DNA of 64,000 nt from Squalus acanthias (Eukaryota): contig CM059438.1 of assembly GCA_030390025.1 (NCBI GenBank), positions 57,104,001 through 57,168,000 on the forward strand, in the 5' to 3' direction. The notes under the pieces are model-generated. The model had not been told where the DNA came from. It ran no database searches and worked only from the letters and a program-made list of their open reading frames with translations. Below are positions 12,605 to 27,600 of the stretch, in pieces. The position numbers and the translations under genes were made by a program. How positions within the stretch are numbered: the stretch's first letter is position 1; every line of letters begins with the position of its first letter.

Positions 12605-15600
12605 ACTATAAATGAGTGTGACAGCAGTGTGTTTAATCCCACTATAAATGAGTGTGACAGCAGTGTGTTTAATCCCACTATAAATGAGTGTGACAGCAGT
12701 GTGTTTAATCCCACTATAAATGAGTGTGACAGCAGTGTGTTTAATCCCACTATAAATGAGTGTGACAGCAGTGTGTTTAATCCCACTATAAATGAGTGTG
12801 ACAGCAGTGTGTTTAATCCCACTATAAATGAGTGTGACAGCAGTGTGTTTAATCCCACTATAAATGAGTGTGACAGCAGTGTGTTTAATCCCACTATAAA
12901 TGAGTGTGACAGCAGTGTGTTTAATCCCACTATAAATGAGTGTGACAGCAGTGTGTTTAATCCCACTATAAATGAGTGTGACAGCAGTGTGTTTAATCCC
13001 ACTATAAATGAGTGTGACAGCAGTGTGTTTAATCCCACTATAAATGAGTGTGACAGCAGTGTGTTTAATCCCACTATAAATGAGTGTGACAGCAGTGTGT
13101 TTAATCCCACTATAAATGAGTGTGACAGCAGTGTGTTTAATCCCACTATAAATGAGTGTGACAGCAGTGTGTTTAATCCCACTATAAATGAGTGTGACAG
13201 CAGTGTGTTTAATCCCACTATAAATGAGTGTGACAGCAGTGTGTTTAATCCCACTATAAATGAGTGTGACAGCAGTGTGTTTAATCCCACTATAAATGAG
13301 TGTGACAGCAGTGTGTTTAATCCCACTATAAATGAGTGTGACAGCAGTGTGTTTAATCCCACTATAAATGAGTGTGACAGCAGTGTGTTTAATCCCACTA
13401 TAAATGAGTGTGACAGCAGTGTGTTTAATCCCACTATAAATGAGTGTGACAGCAGTGTGTTTAATCCCACTATAAATGAGTGTGACAGCAGTGTGTTTAA
13501 TCCCACTATAAATGAGTGTGACAGCAGTGTGTTTAATCCCACTATAAATGAGTGTGACAGCAGTGTGTTTAATCCCACTATAAATGAGTGTGACAGCAGT
13601 GTGTTTAATCCCACTATAAATGAGTGTGACAGCAGTGTGTTTAATCCCACTATAAATGAGTGTGACAGCAGTGTGTTTAATCCCACTATAAATGAGTGTG
13701 ACAGCAGTGTGTTTAATCCCACTATAAATGAGTGTGACAGCAGTGTGTTTAATCCCACTATAAATGAGTGTGACAGCAGTGTGTTTAATCCCACTATAAA
13801 TGAGTGTGACAGCAGTGTGTTTAATCCCACTATAAATGAGTGTGACAGCAGTGTGTTTAATCCCACTATAAATGAGTGTGACAGCAGTGTGTTTAATCCC
13901 ACTATAAATGAGTGTGACAGCAGTGTGTTTAATCCCACTATAAATGAGTGTGACAGCAGTGTGTTTAATCCCACTATAAATGAGTGTGACAGCAGTGTGT
14001 TTAATCCCACTATAAATGAGTGTGACAGCAGTGTGTTTAATCCCACTATAAATGAGTGTGACAGCAGTGTGTTTAATCCCACTATAAATGAGTGTGACAG
14101 CAGTGTGTTTAATCCCACTATAAATGAGTGTGACAGCAGTGTGTTTAATCCCACTATAAATGAGTGTGACAGCAGTGTGTTTAATCCCACTATAAATGAG
14201 TGTGACAGCAGTGTGTTTAATCCCACTATAAATGAGTGTGACAGCAGTGTGTTTAATCCCACTATAAATGAGTGTGACAGCAGTGTGTTTAATCCCACTA
14301 TAAATGAGTGTGACAGCAGTGTGTTTAATCCCACTATAAATGAGTGTGACAGCAGTGTGTTTAATCCCACTATAAATGAGTGTGACAGCAGTGTGTTTAA
14401 TCCCACTATAAATGAGTGTGACAGCAGTGTGTTTAATCCCACTATAAATGAGTGTGACAGCAGTGTGTTTAATCCCACTATAAATGAGTGTGACAGCAGT
14501 GTGTTTAATCCCACTATAAATGAGTGTGACAGCAGTGTGTTTAATCCCACTATAAATGAGTGTGACAGCAGTGTGTTTAATCCCACTATAAATGAGTGTG
14601 ACAGCAGTGTGTTTAATCCCACTATAAATGAGTGTGACAGCAGTGTGTTTAATCCCACTATAAATGAGTGTGACAGCAGTGTGTTTAATCCCACTATAAA
14701 TGAGTGTGACAGCAGTGTGTTTAATCCCACTATAAATGAGTGTGACAGCAGTGTGTTTAATCCCACTATAAATGAGTGTGACAGCAGTGTGTTTAATCCC
14801 ACTATAAATGAGTGTGACAGCAGTGTGTTTAATCCCACTATAAATGAGTGTGACAGCAGTGTGTTTAATCCCACTATAAATGAGTGTGACAGCAGTGTGT
14901 TTAATCCCACTATAAATGAGTGTGACAGCAGTGTGTTTAATCCCACTATAAATGAGTGTGACAGCAGTGTGTTTAATCCCACTATAAATGAGTGTGACAG
15001 CAGTGTGTTTAATCCCACTATAAATGAGTGTGACAGCAGTGTGTTTAATCCCACTATAAATGAGTGTGACAGCAGTGTGTTTAATCCCACTATAAATGAG
15101 TGTGACAGCAGTGTGTTTAATCCCACTATAAATGAGTGTGACAGCAGTGTGTTTAATCCCACTATAAATGAGTGTGACAGCAGTGTGTTTAATCCCACTA
15201 TAAATGAGTGTGACAGCAGTGTGTTTAATCCCACTATAAATGAGTGTGACAGCAGTGTGTTTAATCCCACTATAAATGAGTGTGACAGCAGTGTGTTTAA
15301 TCCCACTATAAATGAGTGTGACAGCAGTGTGTTTAATCCCACTATAAATGAGTGTGACAGCAGTGTGTTTAATCCCACTATAAATGAGTGTGACAGCAGT
15401 GTGTTTAATCCCACTATAAATGAGTGTGACAGCAGTGTGTTTAATCCCACTATAAATGAGTGTGACAGCAGTGTGTTTAATCCCACTATAAATGAGTGTG
15501 ACAGCAGTGTGTTTAATCCCACTATAAATGAGTGTGACAGCAGTGTGTTTAATCCCACTATAAATGAGTGTGACAGCAGTGTGTTTAATCCCACTATAAA

Positions 15601-18600
15601 TGAGTGTGACAGCAGTGTGTTTAATCCCACTATAAATGAGTGTGACAGCAGTGTGTTTAATCCCACTATAAATGAGTGTGACAGCAGTGTGTTTAATCCC
15701 ACTATAAATGAGTGTGACAGCAGTGTGTTTAATCCCACTATAAATGAGTGTGACAGCAGTGTGTTTAATCCCACTATAAATGAGTGTGACAGCAGTGTGT
15801 TTAATCCCACTATAAATGAGTGTGACAGCAGTGTGTTTAATCCCACTATAAATGAGTGTGACAGCAGTGTGTTTAATCCCACTATAAATGAGTGTGACAG
15901 CAGTGTGTTTAATCCCACTATAAATGAGTGTGACAGCAGTGTGTTTAATCCCACTATAAATGAGTGTGACAGCAGTGTGTTTAATCCCACTATAAATGAG
16001 TGTGACAGCAGTGTGTTTAATCCCACTATAAATGAGTGTGACAGCAGTGTGTTTAATCCCACTATAAATGAGTGTGACAGCAGTGTGTTTAATCCCACTA
16101 TAAATGAGTGTGACAGCAGTGTGTTTAATCCCACTATAAATGAGTGTGACAGCAGTGTGTTTAATCCCACTATAAATGAGTGTGACAGCAGTGTGTTTAA
16201 TCCCACTATAAATGAGTGTGACAGCAGTGTGTTTAATCCCACTATAAATGAGTGTGACAGCAGTGTGTTTAATCCCACTATAAATGAGTGTGACAGCAGT
16301 GTGTTTAATCCCACTATAAATGAGTGTGACAGCAGTGTGTTTAATCCCACTATAAATGAGTGTGACAGCAGTGTGTTTAATCCCACTATAAATGAGTGTG
16401 ACAGCAGTGTGTTTAATCCCACTATAAATGAGTGTGACAGCAGTGTGTTTAATCCCACTATAAATGAGTGTGACAGCAGTGTGTTTAATCCCACTATAAA
16501 TGAGTGTGACAGCAGTGTGTTTAATCCCACTATAAATGAGTGTGACAGCAGTGTGTTTAATCCCACTATAAATGAGTGTGACAGCAGTGTGTTTAATCCC
16601 ACTATAAATGAGTGTGACAGCAGTGTGTTTAATCCCACTATAAATGAGTGTGACAGCAGTGTGTTTAATCCCACTATAAATGAGTGTGACAGCAGTGTGT
16701 TTAATCCCACTATAAATGAGTGTGACAGCAGTGTGTTTAATCCCACTATAAATGAGTGTGACAGCAGTGTGTTTAATCCCACTATAAATGAGTGTGACAG
16801 CAGTGTGTTTAATCCCACTATAAATGAGTGTGACAGCAGTGTGTTTAATCCCACTATAAATGAGTGTGACAGCAGTGTGTTTAATCCCACTATAAATGAG
16901 TGTGACAGCAGTGTGTTTAATCCCACTATAAATGAGTGTGACAGCAGTGTGTTTAATCCCACTATAAATGAGTGTGACAGCAGTGTGTTTAATCCCACTA
17001 TAAATGAGTGTGACAGCAGTGTGTTTAATCCCACTATAAATGAGTGTGACAGCAGTGTGTTTAATCCCACTATAAATGAGTGTGACAGCAGTGTGTTTAA
17101 TCCCACTATAAATGAGTGTGACAGCAGTGTGTTTAATCCCACTATAAATGAGTGTGACAGCAGTGTGTTTAATCCCACTATAAATGAGTGTGACAGCAGT
17201 GTGTTTAATCCCACTATAAATGAGTGTGACAGCAGTGTGTTTAATCCCACTATAAATGAGTGTGACAGCAGTGTGTTTAATCCCACTATAAATGAGTGTG
17301 ACAGCAGTGTGTTTAATCCCACTATAAATGAGTGTGACAGCAGTGTGTTTAATCCCACTATAAATGAGTGTGACAGCAGTGTGTTTAATCCCACTATAAA
17401 TGAGTGTGACAGCAGTGTGTTTAATCCCACTATAAATGAGTGTGACAGCAGTGTGTTTAATCCCACTATAAATGAGTGTGACAGCAGTGTGTTTAATCCC
17501 ACTATAAATGAGTGTGACAGCAGTGTGTTTAATCCCACTATAAATGAGTGTGACAGCAGTGTGTTTAATCCCACTATAAATGAGTGTGACAGCAGTGTGT
17601 TTAATCCCACTATAAATGAGTGTGACAGCAGTGTGTTTAATCCCACTATAAATGAGTGTGACAGCAGTGTGTTTAATCCCACTATAAATGAGTGTGACAG
17701 CAGTGTGTTTAATCCCACTATAAATGAGTGTGACAGCAGTGTGTTTAATCCCACTATAAATGAGTGTGACAGCAGTGTGTTTAATCCCACTATAAATGAG
17801 TGTGACAGCAGTGTGTTTAATCCCACTATAAATGAGTGTGACAGCAGTGTGTTTAATCCCACTATAAATGAGTGTGACAGCAGTGTGTTTAATCCCACTA
17901 TAAATGAGTGTGACAGCAGTGTGTTTAATCCCACTATAAATGAGTGTGACAGCAGTGTGTTTAATCCCACTATAAATGAGTGTGACAGCAGTGTGTTTAA
18001 TCCCACTATAAATGAGTGTGACAGCAGTGTGTTTAATCCCACTATAAATGAGTGTGACAGCAGTGTGTTTAATCCCACTATAAATGAGTGTGACAGCAGT
18101 GTGTTTAATCCCACTATAAATGAGTGTGACAGCAGTGTGTTTAATCCCACTATAAATGAGTGTGACAGCAGTGTGTTTAATCCCACTATAAATGAGTGTG
18201 ACAGCAGTGTGTTTAATCCCACTATAAATGAGTGTGACAGCAGTGTGTTTAATCCCACTATAAATGAGTGTGACAGCAGTGTGTTTAATCCCACTATAAA
18301 TGAGTGTGACAGCAGTGTGTTTAATCCCACTATAAATGAGTGTGACAGCAGTGTGTTTAATCCCACTATAAATGAGTGTGACAGCAGTGTGTTTAATCCC
18401 ACTATAAATGAGTGTGACAGCAGTGTGTTTAATCCCACTATAAATGAGTGTGACAGCAGTGTGTTTAATCCCACTATAAATGAGTGTGACAGCAGTGTGT
18501 TTAATCCCACTATAAATGAGTGTGACAGCAGTGTGTTTAATCCCACTATAAATGAGTGTGACAGCAGTGTGTTTAATCCCACTATAAATGAGTGTGACAG

Positions 18601-21600
18601 CAGTGTGTTTAATCCCACTATAAATGAGTGTGACAGCAGTGTGTTTAATCCCACTATAAATGAGTGTGACAGCAGTGTGTTTAATCCCACTATAAATGAG
18701 TGTGACAGCAGTGTGTTTAATCCCACTATAAATGAGTGTGACAGCAGTGTGTTTAATCCCACTATAAATGAGTGTGACAGCAGTGTGTTTAATCCCACTA
18801 TAAATGAGTGTGACAGCAGTGTGTTTAATCCCACTATAAATGAGTGTGACAGCAGTGTGTTTAATCCCACTATAAATGAGTGTGACAGCAGTGTGTTTAA
18901 TCCCACTATAAATGAGTGTGACAGCAGTGTGTTTAATCCCACTATAAATGAGTGTGACAGCAGTGTGTTTAATCCCACTATAAATGAGTGTGACAGCAGT
19001 GTGTTTAATCCCACTATAAATGAGTGTGACAGCAGTGTGTTTAATCCCACTATAAATGAGTGTGACAGCAGTGTGTTTAATCCCACTATAAATGAGTGTG
19101 ACAGCAGTGTGTTTAATCCCACTATAAATGAGTGTGACAGCAGTGTGTTTAATCCCACTATAAATGAGTGTGACAGCAGTGTGTTTAATCCCACTATAAA
19201 TGAGTGTGACAGCAGTGTGTTTAATCCCACTATAAATGAGTGTGACAGCAGTGTGTTTAATCCCACTATAAATGAGTGTGACAGCAGTGTGTTTAATCCC
19301 ACTATAAATGAGTGTGACAGCAGTGTGTTTAATCCCACTATAAATGAGTGTGACAGCAGTGTGTTTAATCCCACTATAAATGAGTGTGACAGCAGTGTGT
19401 TTAATCCCACTATAAATGAGTGTGACAGCAGTGTGTTTAATCCCACTATAAATGAGTGTGACAGCAGTGTGTTTAATCCCACTATAAATGAGTGTGACAG
19501 CAGTGTGTTTAATCCCACTATAAATGAGTGTGACAGCAGTGTGTTTAATCCCACTATAAATGAGTGTGACAGCAGTGTGTTTAATCCCACTATAAATGAG
19601 TGTGACAGCAGTGTGTTTAATCCCACTATAAATGAGTGTGACAGCAGTGTGTTTAATCCCACTATAAATGAGTGTGACAGCAGTGTGTTTAATCCCACTA
19701 TAAATGAGTGTGACAGCAGTGTGTTTAATCCCACTATAAATGAGTGTGACAGCAGTGTGTTTAATCCCACTATAAATGAGTGTGACAGCAGTGTGTTTAA
19801 TCCCACTATAAATGAGTGTGACAGCAGTGTGTTTAATCCCACTATAAATGAGTGTGACAGCAGTGTGTTTAATCCCACTATAAATGAGTGTGACAGCAGT
19901 GTGTTTAATCCCACTATAAATGAGTGTGACAGCAGTGTGTTTAATCCCACTATAAATGAGTGTGACAGCAGTGTGTTTAATCCCACTATAAATGAGTGTG
20001 ACAGCAGTGTGTTTAATCCCACTATAAATGAGTGTGACAGCAGTGTGTTTAATCCCACTATAAATGAGTGTGACAGCAGTGTGTTTAATCCCACTATAAA
20101 TGAGTGTGACAGCAGTGTGTTTAATCCCACTATAAATGAGTGTGACAGCAGTGTGTTTAATCCCACTATAAATGAGTGTGACAGCAGTGTGTTTAATCCC
20201 ACTATAAATGAGTGTGACAGCAGTGTGTTTAATCCCACTATAAATGAGTGTGACAGCAGTGTGTTTAATCCCACTATAAATGAGTGTGACAGCAGTGTGT
20301 TTAATCCCACTATAAATGAGTGTGACAGCAGTGTGTTTAATCCCACTATAAATGAGTGTGACAGCAGTGTGTTTAATCCCACTATAAATGAGTGTGACAG
20401 CAGTGTGTTTAATCCCACTATAAATGAGTGTGACAGCAGTGTGTTTAATCCCACTATAAATGAGTGTGACAGCAGTGTGTTTAATCCCACTATAAATGAG
20501 TGTGACAGCAGTGTGTTTAATCCCACTATAAATGAGTGTGACAGCAGTGTGTTTAATCCCACTATAAATGAGTGTGACAGCAGTGTGTTTAATCCCACTA
20601 TAAATGAGTGTGACAGCAGTGTGTTTAATCCCACTATAAATGAGTGTGACAGCAGTGTGTTTAATCCCACTATAAATGAGTGTGACAGCAGTGTGTTTAA
20701 TCCCACTATAAATGAGTGTGACAGCAGTGTGTTTAATCCCACTATAAATGAGTGTGACAGCAGTGTGTTTAATCCCACTATAAATGAGTGTGACAGCAGT
20801 GTGTTTAATCCCACTATAAATGAGTGTGACAGCAGTGTGTTTAATCCCACTATAAATGAGTGTGACAGCAGTGTGTTTAATCCCACTATAAATGAGTGTG
20901 ACAGCAGTGTGTTTAATCCCACTATAAATGAGTGTGACAGCAGTGTGTTTAATCCCACTATAAATGAGTGTGACAGCAGTGTGTTTAATCCCACTATAAA
21001 TGAGTGTGACAGCAGTGTGTTTAATCCCACTATAAATGAGTGTGACAGCAGTGTGTTTAATCCCACTATAAATGAGTGTGACAGCAGTGTGTTTAATCCC
21101 ACTATAAATGAGTGTGACAGCAGTGTGTTTAATCCCACTATAAATGAGTGTGACAGCAGTGTGTTTAATCCCACTATAAATGAGTGTGACAGCAGTGTGT
21201 TTAATCCCACTATAAATGAGTGTGACAGCAGTGTGTTTAATCCCACTATAAATGAGTGTGACAGCAGTGTGTTTAATCCCACTATAAATGAGTGTGACAG
21301 CAGTGTGTTTAATCCCACTATAAATGAGTGTGACAGCAGTGTGTTTAATCCCACTATAAATGAGTGTGACAGCAGTGTGTTTAATCCCACTATAAATGAG
21401 TGTGACAGCAGTGTGTTTAATCCCACTATAAATGAGTGTGACAGCAGTGTGTTTAATCCCACTATAAATGAGTGTGACAGCAGTGTGTTTAATCCCACTA
21501 TAAATGAGTGTGACAGCAGTGTGTTTAATCCCACTATAAATGAGTGTGACAGCAGTGTGTTTAATCCCACTATAAATGAGTGTGACAGCAGTGTGTTTAA

Positions 21601-24600
21601 TCCCACTATAAATGAGTGTGACAGCAGTGTGTTTAATCCCACTATAAATGAGTGTGACAGCAGTGTGTTTAATCCCACTATAAATGAGTGTGACAGCAGT
21701 GTGTTTAATCCCACTATAAATGAGTGTGACAGCAGTGTGTTTAATCCCACTATAAATGAGTGTGACAGCAGTGTGTTTAATCCCACTATAAATGAGTGTG
21801 ACAGCAGTGTGTTTAATCCCACTATAAATGAGTGTGACAGCAGTGTGTTTAATCCCACTATAAATGAGTGTGACAGCAGTGTGTTTAATCCCACTATAAA
21901 TGAGTGTGACAGCAGTGTGTTTAATCCCACTATAAATGAGTGTGACAGCAGTGTGTTTAATCCCACTATAAATGAGTGTGACAGCAGTGTGTTTAATCCC
22001 ACTATAAATGAGTGTGACAGCAGTGTGTTTAATCCCACTATAAATGAGTGTGACAGCAGTGTGTTTAATCCCACTATAAATGAGTGTGACAGCAGTGTGT
22101 TTAATCCCACTATAAATGAGTGTGACAGCAGTGTGTTTAATCCCACTATAAATGAGTGTGACAGCAGTGTGTTTAATCCCACTATAAATGAGTGTGACAG
22201 CAGTGTGTTTAATCCCACTATAAATGAGTGTGACAGCAGTGTGTTTAATCCCACTATAAATGAGTGTGACAGCAGTGTGTTTAATCCCACTATAAATGAG
22301 TGTGACAGCAGTGTGTTTAATCCCACTATAAATGAGTGTGACAGCAGTGTGTTTAATCCCACTATAAATGAGTGTGACAGCAGTGTGTTTAATCCCACTA
22401 TAAATGAGTGTGACAGCAGTGTGTTTAATCCCACTATAAATGAGTGTGACAGCAGTGTGTTTAATCCCACTATAAATGAGTGTGACAGCAGTGTGTTTAA
22501 TCCCACTATAAATGAGTGTGACAGCAGTGTGTTTAATCCCACTATAAATGAGTGTGACAGCAGTGTGTTTAATCCCACTATAAATGAGTGTGACAGCAGT
22601 GTGTTTAATCCCACTATAAATGAGTGTGACAGCAGTGTGTTTAATCCCACTATAAATGAGTGTGACAGCAGTGTGTTTAATCCCACTATAAATGAGTGTG
22701 ACAGCAGTGTGTTTAATCCCACTATAAATGAGTGTGACAGCAGTGTGTTTAATCCCACTATAAATGAGTGTGACAGCAGTGTGTTTAATCCCACTATAAA
22801 TGAGTGTGACAGCAGTGTGTTTAATCCCACTATAAATGAGTGTGACAGCAGTGTGTTTAATCCCACTATAAATGAGTGTGACAGCAGTGTGTTTAATCCC
22901 ACTATAAATGAGTGTGACAGCAGTGTGTTTAATCCCACTATAAATGAGTGTGACAGCAGTGTGTTTAATCCCACTATAAATGAGTGTGACAGCAGTGTGT
23001 TTAATCCCACTATAAATGAGTGTGACAGCAGTGTGTTTAATCCCACTATAAATGAGTGTGACAGCAGTGTGTTTAATCCCACTATAAATGAGTGTGACAG
23101 CAGTGTGTTTAATCCCACTATAAATGAGTGTGACAGCAGTGTGTTTAATCCCACTATAAATGAGTGTGACAGCAGTGTGTTTAATCCCACTATAAATGAG
23201 TGTGACAGCAGTGTGTTTAATCCCACTATAAATGAGTGTGACAGCAGTGTGTTTAATCCCACTATAAATGAGTGTGACAGCAGTGTGTTTAATCCCACTA
23301 TAAATGAGTGTGACAGCAGTGTGTTTAATCCCACTATAAATGAGTGTGACAGCAGTGTGTTTAATCCCACTATAAATGAGTGTGACAGCAGTGTGTTTAA
23401 TCCCACTATAAATGAGTGTGACAGCAGTGTGTTTAATCCCACTATAAATGAGTGTGACAGCAGTGTGTTTAATCCCACTATAAATGAGTGTGACAGCAGT
23501 GTGTTTAATCCCACTATAAATGAGTGTGACAGCAGTGTGTTTAATCCCACTATAAATGAGTGTGACAGCAGTGTGTTTAATCCCACTATAAATGAGTGTG
23601 ACAGCAGTGTGTTTAATCCCACTATAAATGAGTGTGACAGCAGTGTGTTTAATCCCACTATAAATGAGTGTGACAGCAGTGTGTTTAATCCCACTATAAA
23701 TGAGTGTGACAGCAGTGTGTTTAATCCCACTATAAATGAGTGTGACAGCAGTGTGTTTAATCCCACTATAAATGAGTGTGACAGCAGTGTGTTTAATCCC
23801 ACTATAAATGAGTGTGACAGCAGTGTGTTTAATCCCACTATAAATGAGTGTGACAGCAGTGTGTTTAATCCCACTATAAATGAGTGTGACAGCAGTGTGT
23901 TTAATCCCACTATAAATGAGTGTGACAGCAGTGTGTTTAATCCCACTATAAATGAGTGTGACAGCAGTGTGTTTAATCCCACTATAAATGAGTGTGACAG
24001 CAGTGTGTTTAATCCCACTATAAATGAGTGTGACAGCAGTGTGTTTAATCCCACTATAAATGAGTGTGACAGCAGTGTGTTTAATCCCACTATAAATGAG
24101 TGTGACAGCAGTGTGTTTAATCCCACTATAAATGAGTGTGACAGCAGTGTGTTTAATCCCACTATAAATGAGTGTGACAGCAGTGTGTTTAATCCCACTA
24201 TAAATGAGTGTGACAGCAGTGTGTTTAATCCCACTATAAATGAGTGTGACAGCAGTGTGTTTAATCCCACTATAAATGAGTGTGACAGCAGTGTGTTTAA
24301 TCCCACTATAAATGAGTGTGACAGCAGTGTGTTTAATCCCACTATAAATGAGTGTGACAGCAGTGTGTTTAATCCCACTATAAATGAGTGTGACAGCAGT
24401 GTGTTTAATCCCACTATAAATGAGTGTGACAGCAGTGTGTTTAATCCCACTATAAATGAGTGTGACAGCAGTGTGTTTAATCCCACTATAAATGAGTGTG
24501 ACAGCAGTGTGTTTAATCCCACTATAAATGAGTGTGACAGCAGTGTGTTTAATCCCACTATAAATGAGTGTGACAGCAGTGTGTTTAATCCCACTATAAA

Positions 24601-27600
24601 TGAGTGTGACAGCAGTGTGTTTAATCCCACTATAAATGAGTGTGACAGCAGTGTGTTTAATCCCACTATAAATGAGTGTGACAGCAGTGTGTTTAATCCC
24701 ACTATAAATGAGTGTGACAGCAGTGTGTTTAATCCCACTATAAATGAGTGTGACAGCAGTGTGTTTAATCCCACTATAAATGAGTGTGACAGCAGTGTGT
24801 TTAATCCCACTATAAATGAGTGTGACAGCAGTGTGTTTAATCCCACTATAAATGAGTGTGACAGCAGTGTGTTTAATCCCACTATAAATGAGTGTGACAG
24901 CAGTGTGTTTAATCCCACTATAAATGAGTGTGACAGCAGTGTGTTTAATCCCACTATAAATGAGTGTGACAGCAGTGTGTTTAATCCCACTATAAATGAG
25001 TGTGACAGCAGTGTGTTTAATCCCACTATAAATGAGTGTGACAGCAGTGTGTTTAATCCCACTATAAATGAGTGTGACAGCAGTGTGTTTAATCCCACTA
25101 TAAATGAGTGTGACAGCAGTGTGTTTAATCCCACTATAAATGAGTGTGACAGCAGTGTGTTTAATCCCACTATAAATGAGTGTGACAGCAGTGTGTTTAA
25201 TCCCACTATAAATGAGTGTGACAGCAGTGTGTTTAATCCCACTATAAATGAGTGTGACAGCAGTGTGTTTAATCCCACTATAAATGAGTGTGACAGCAGT
25301 GTGTTTAATCCCACTATAAATGAGTGTGACAGCAGTGTGTTTAATCCCACTATAAATGAGTGTGACAGCAGTGTGTTTAATCCCACTATAAATGAGTGTG
25401 ACAGCAGTGTGTTTAATCCCACTATAAATGAGTGTGACAGCAGTGTGTTTAATCCCACTATAAATGAGTGTGACAGCAGTGTGTTTAATCCCACTATAAA
25501 TGAGTGTGACAGCAGTGTGTTTAATCCCACTATAAATGAGTGTGACAGCAGTGTGTTTAATCCCACTATAAATGAGTGTGACAGCAGTGTGTTTAATCCC
25601 ACTATAAATGAGTGTGACAGCAGTGTGTTTAATCCCACTATAAATGAGTGTGACAGCAGTGTGTTTAATCCCACTATAAATGAGTGTGACAGCAGTGTGT
25701 TTAATCCCACTATAAATGAGTGTGACAGCAGTGTGTTTAATCCCACTATAAATGAGTGTGACAGCAGTGTGTTTAATCCCACTATAAATGAGTGTGACAG
25801 CAGTGTGTTTAATCCCACTATAAATGAGTGTGACAGCAGTGTGTTTAATCCCACTATAAATGAGTGTGACAGCAGTGTGTTTAATCCCACTATAAATGAG
25901 TGTGACAGCAGTGTGTTTAATCCCACTATAAATGAGTGTGACAGCAGTGTGTTTAATCCCACTATAAATGAGTGTGACAGCAGTGTGTTTAATCCCACTA
26001 TAAATGAGTGTGACAGCAGTGTGTTTAATCCCACTATAAATGAGTGTGACAGCAGTGTGTTTAATCCCACTATAAATGAGTGTGACAGCAGTGTGTTTAA
26101 TCCCACTATAAATGAGTGTGACAGCAGTGTGTTTAATCCCACTATAAATGAGTGTGACAGCAGTGTGTTTAATCCCACTATAAATGAGTGTGACAGCAGT
26201 GTGTTTAATCCCACTATAAATGAGTGTGACAGCAGTGTGTTTAATCCCACTATAAATGAGTGTGACAGCAGTGTGTTTAATCCCACTATAAATGAGTGTG
26301 ACAGCAGTGTGTTTAATCCCACTATAAATGAGTGTGACAGCAGTGTGTTTAATCCCACTATAAATGAGTGTGACAGCAGTGTGTTTAATCCCACTATAAA
26401 TGAGTGTGACAGCAGTGTGTTTAATCCCACTATAAATGAGTGTGACAGCAGTGTGTTTAATCCCACTATAAATGAGTGTGACAGCAGTGTGTTTAATCCC
26501 ACTATAAATGAGTGTGACAGCAGTGTGTTTAATCCCACTATAAATGAGTGTGACAGCAGTGTGTTTAATCCCACTATAAATGAGTGTGACAGCAGTGTGT
26601 TTAATCCCACTATAAATGAGTGTGACAGCAGTGTGTTTAATCCCACTATAAATGAGTGTGACAGCAGTGTGTTTAATCCCACTATAAATGAGTGTGACAG
26701 CAGTGTGTTTAATCCCACTATAAATGAGTGTGACAGCAGTGTGTTTAATCCCACTATAAATGAGTGTGACAGCAGTGTGTTTAATCCCACTATAAATGAG
26801 TGTGACAGCAGTGTGTTTAATCCCACTATAAATGAGTGTGACAGCAGTGTGTTTAATCCCACTATAAATGAGTGTGACAGCAGTGTGTTTAATCCCACTA
26901 TAAATGAGTGTGACAGCAGTGTGTTTAATCCCACTATAAATGAGTGTGACAGCAGTGTGTTTAATCCCACTATAAATGAGTGTGACAGCAGTGTGTTTAA
27001 TCCCACTATAAATGAGTGTGACAGCAGTGTGTTTAATCCCACTATAAATGAGTGTGACAGCAGTGTGTTTAATCCCACTATAAATGAGTGTGACAGCAGT
27101 GTGTTTAATCCCACTATAAATGAGTGTGACAGCAGTGTGTTTAATCCCACTATAAATGAGTGTGACAGCAGTGTGTTTAATCCCACTATAAATGAGTGTG
27201 ACAGCAGTGTGTTTAATCCCACTATAAATGAGTGTGACAGCAGTGTGTTTAATCCCACTATAAATGAGTGTGACAGCAGTGTGTTTAATCCCACTATAAA
27301 TGAGTGTGACAGCAGTGTGTTTAATCCCACTATAAATGAGTGTGACAGCAGTGTGTTTAATCCCACTATAAATGAGTGTGACAGCAGTGTGTTTAATCCC
27401 ACTATAAATGAGTGTGACAGCAGTGTGTTTAATCCCACTATAAATGAGTGTGACAGCAGTGTGTTTAATCCCACTATAAATGAGTGTGACAGCAGTGTGT
27501 TTAATCCCACTATAAATGAGTGTGACAGCAGTGTGTTTAATCCCACTATAAATGAGTGTGACAGCAGTGTGTTTAATCCCACTATAAATGAGTGTGACAG

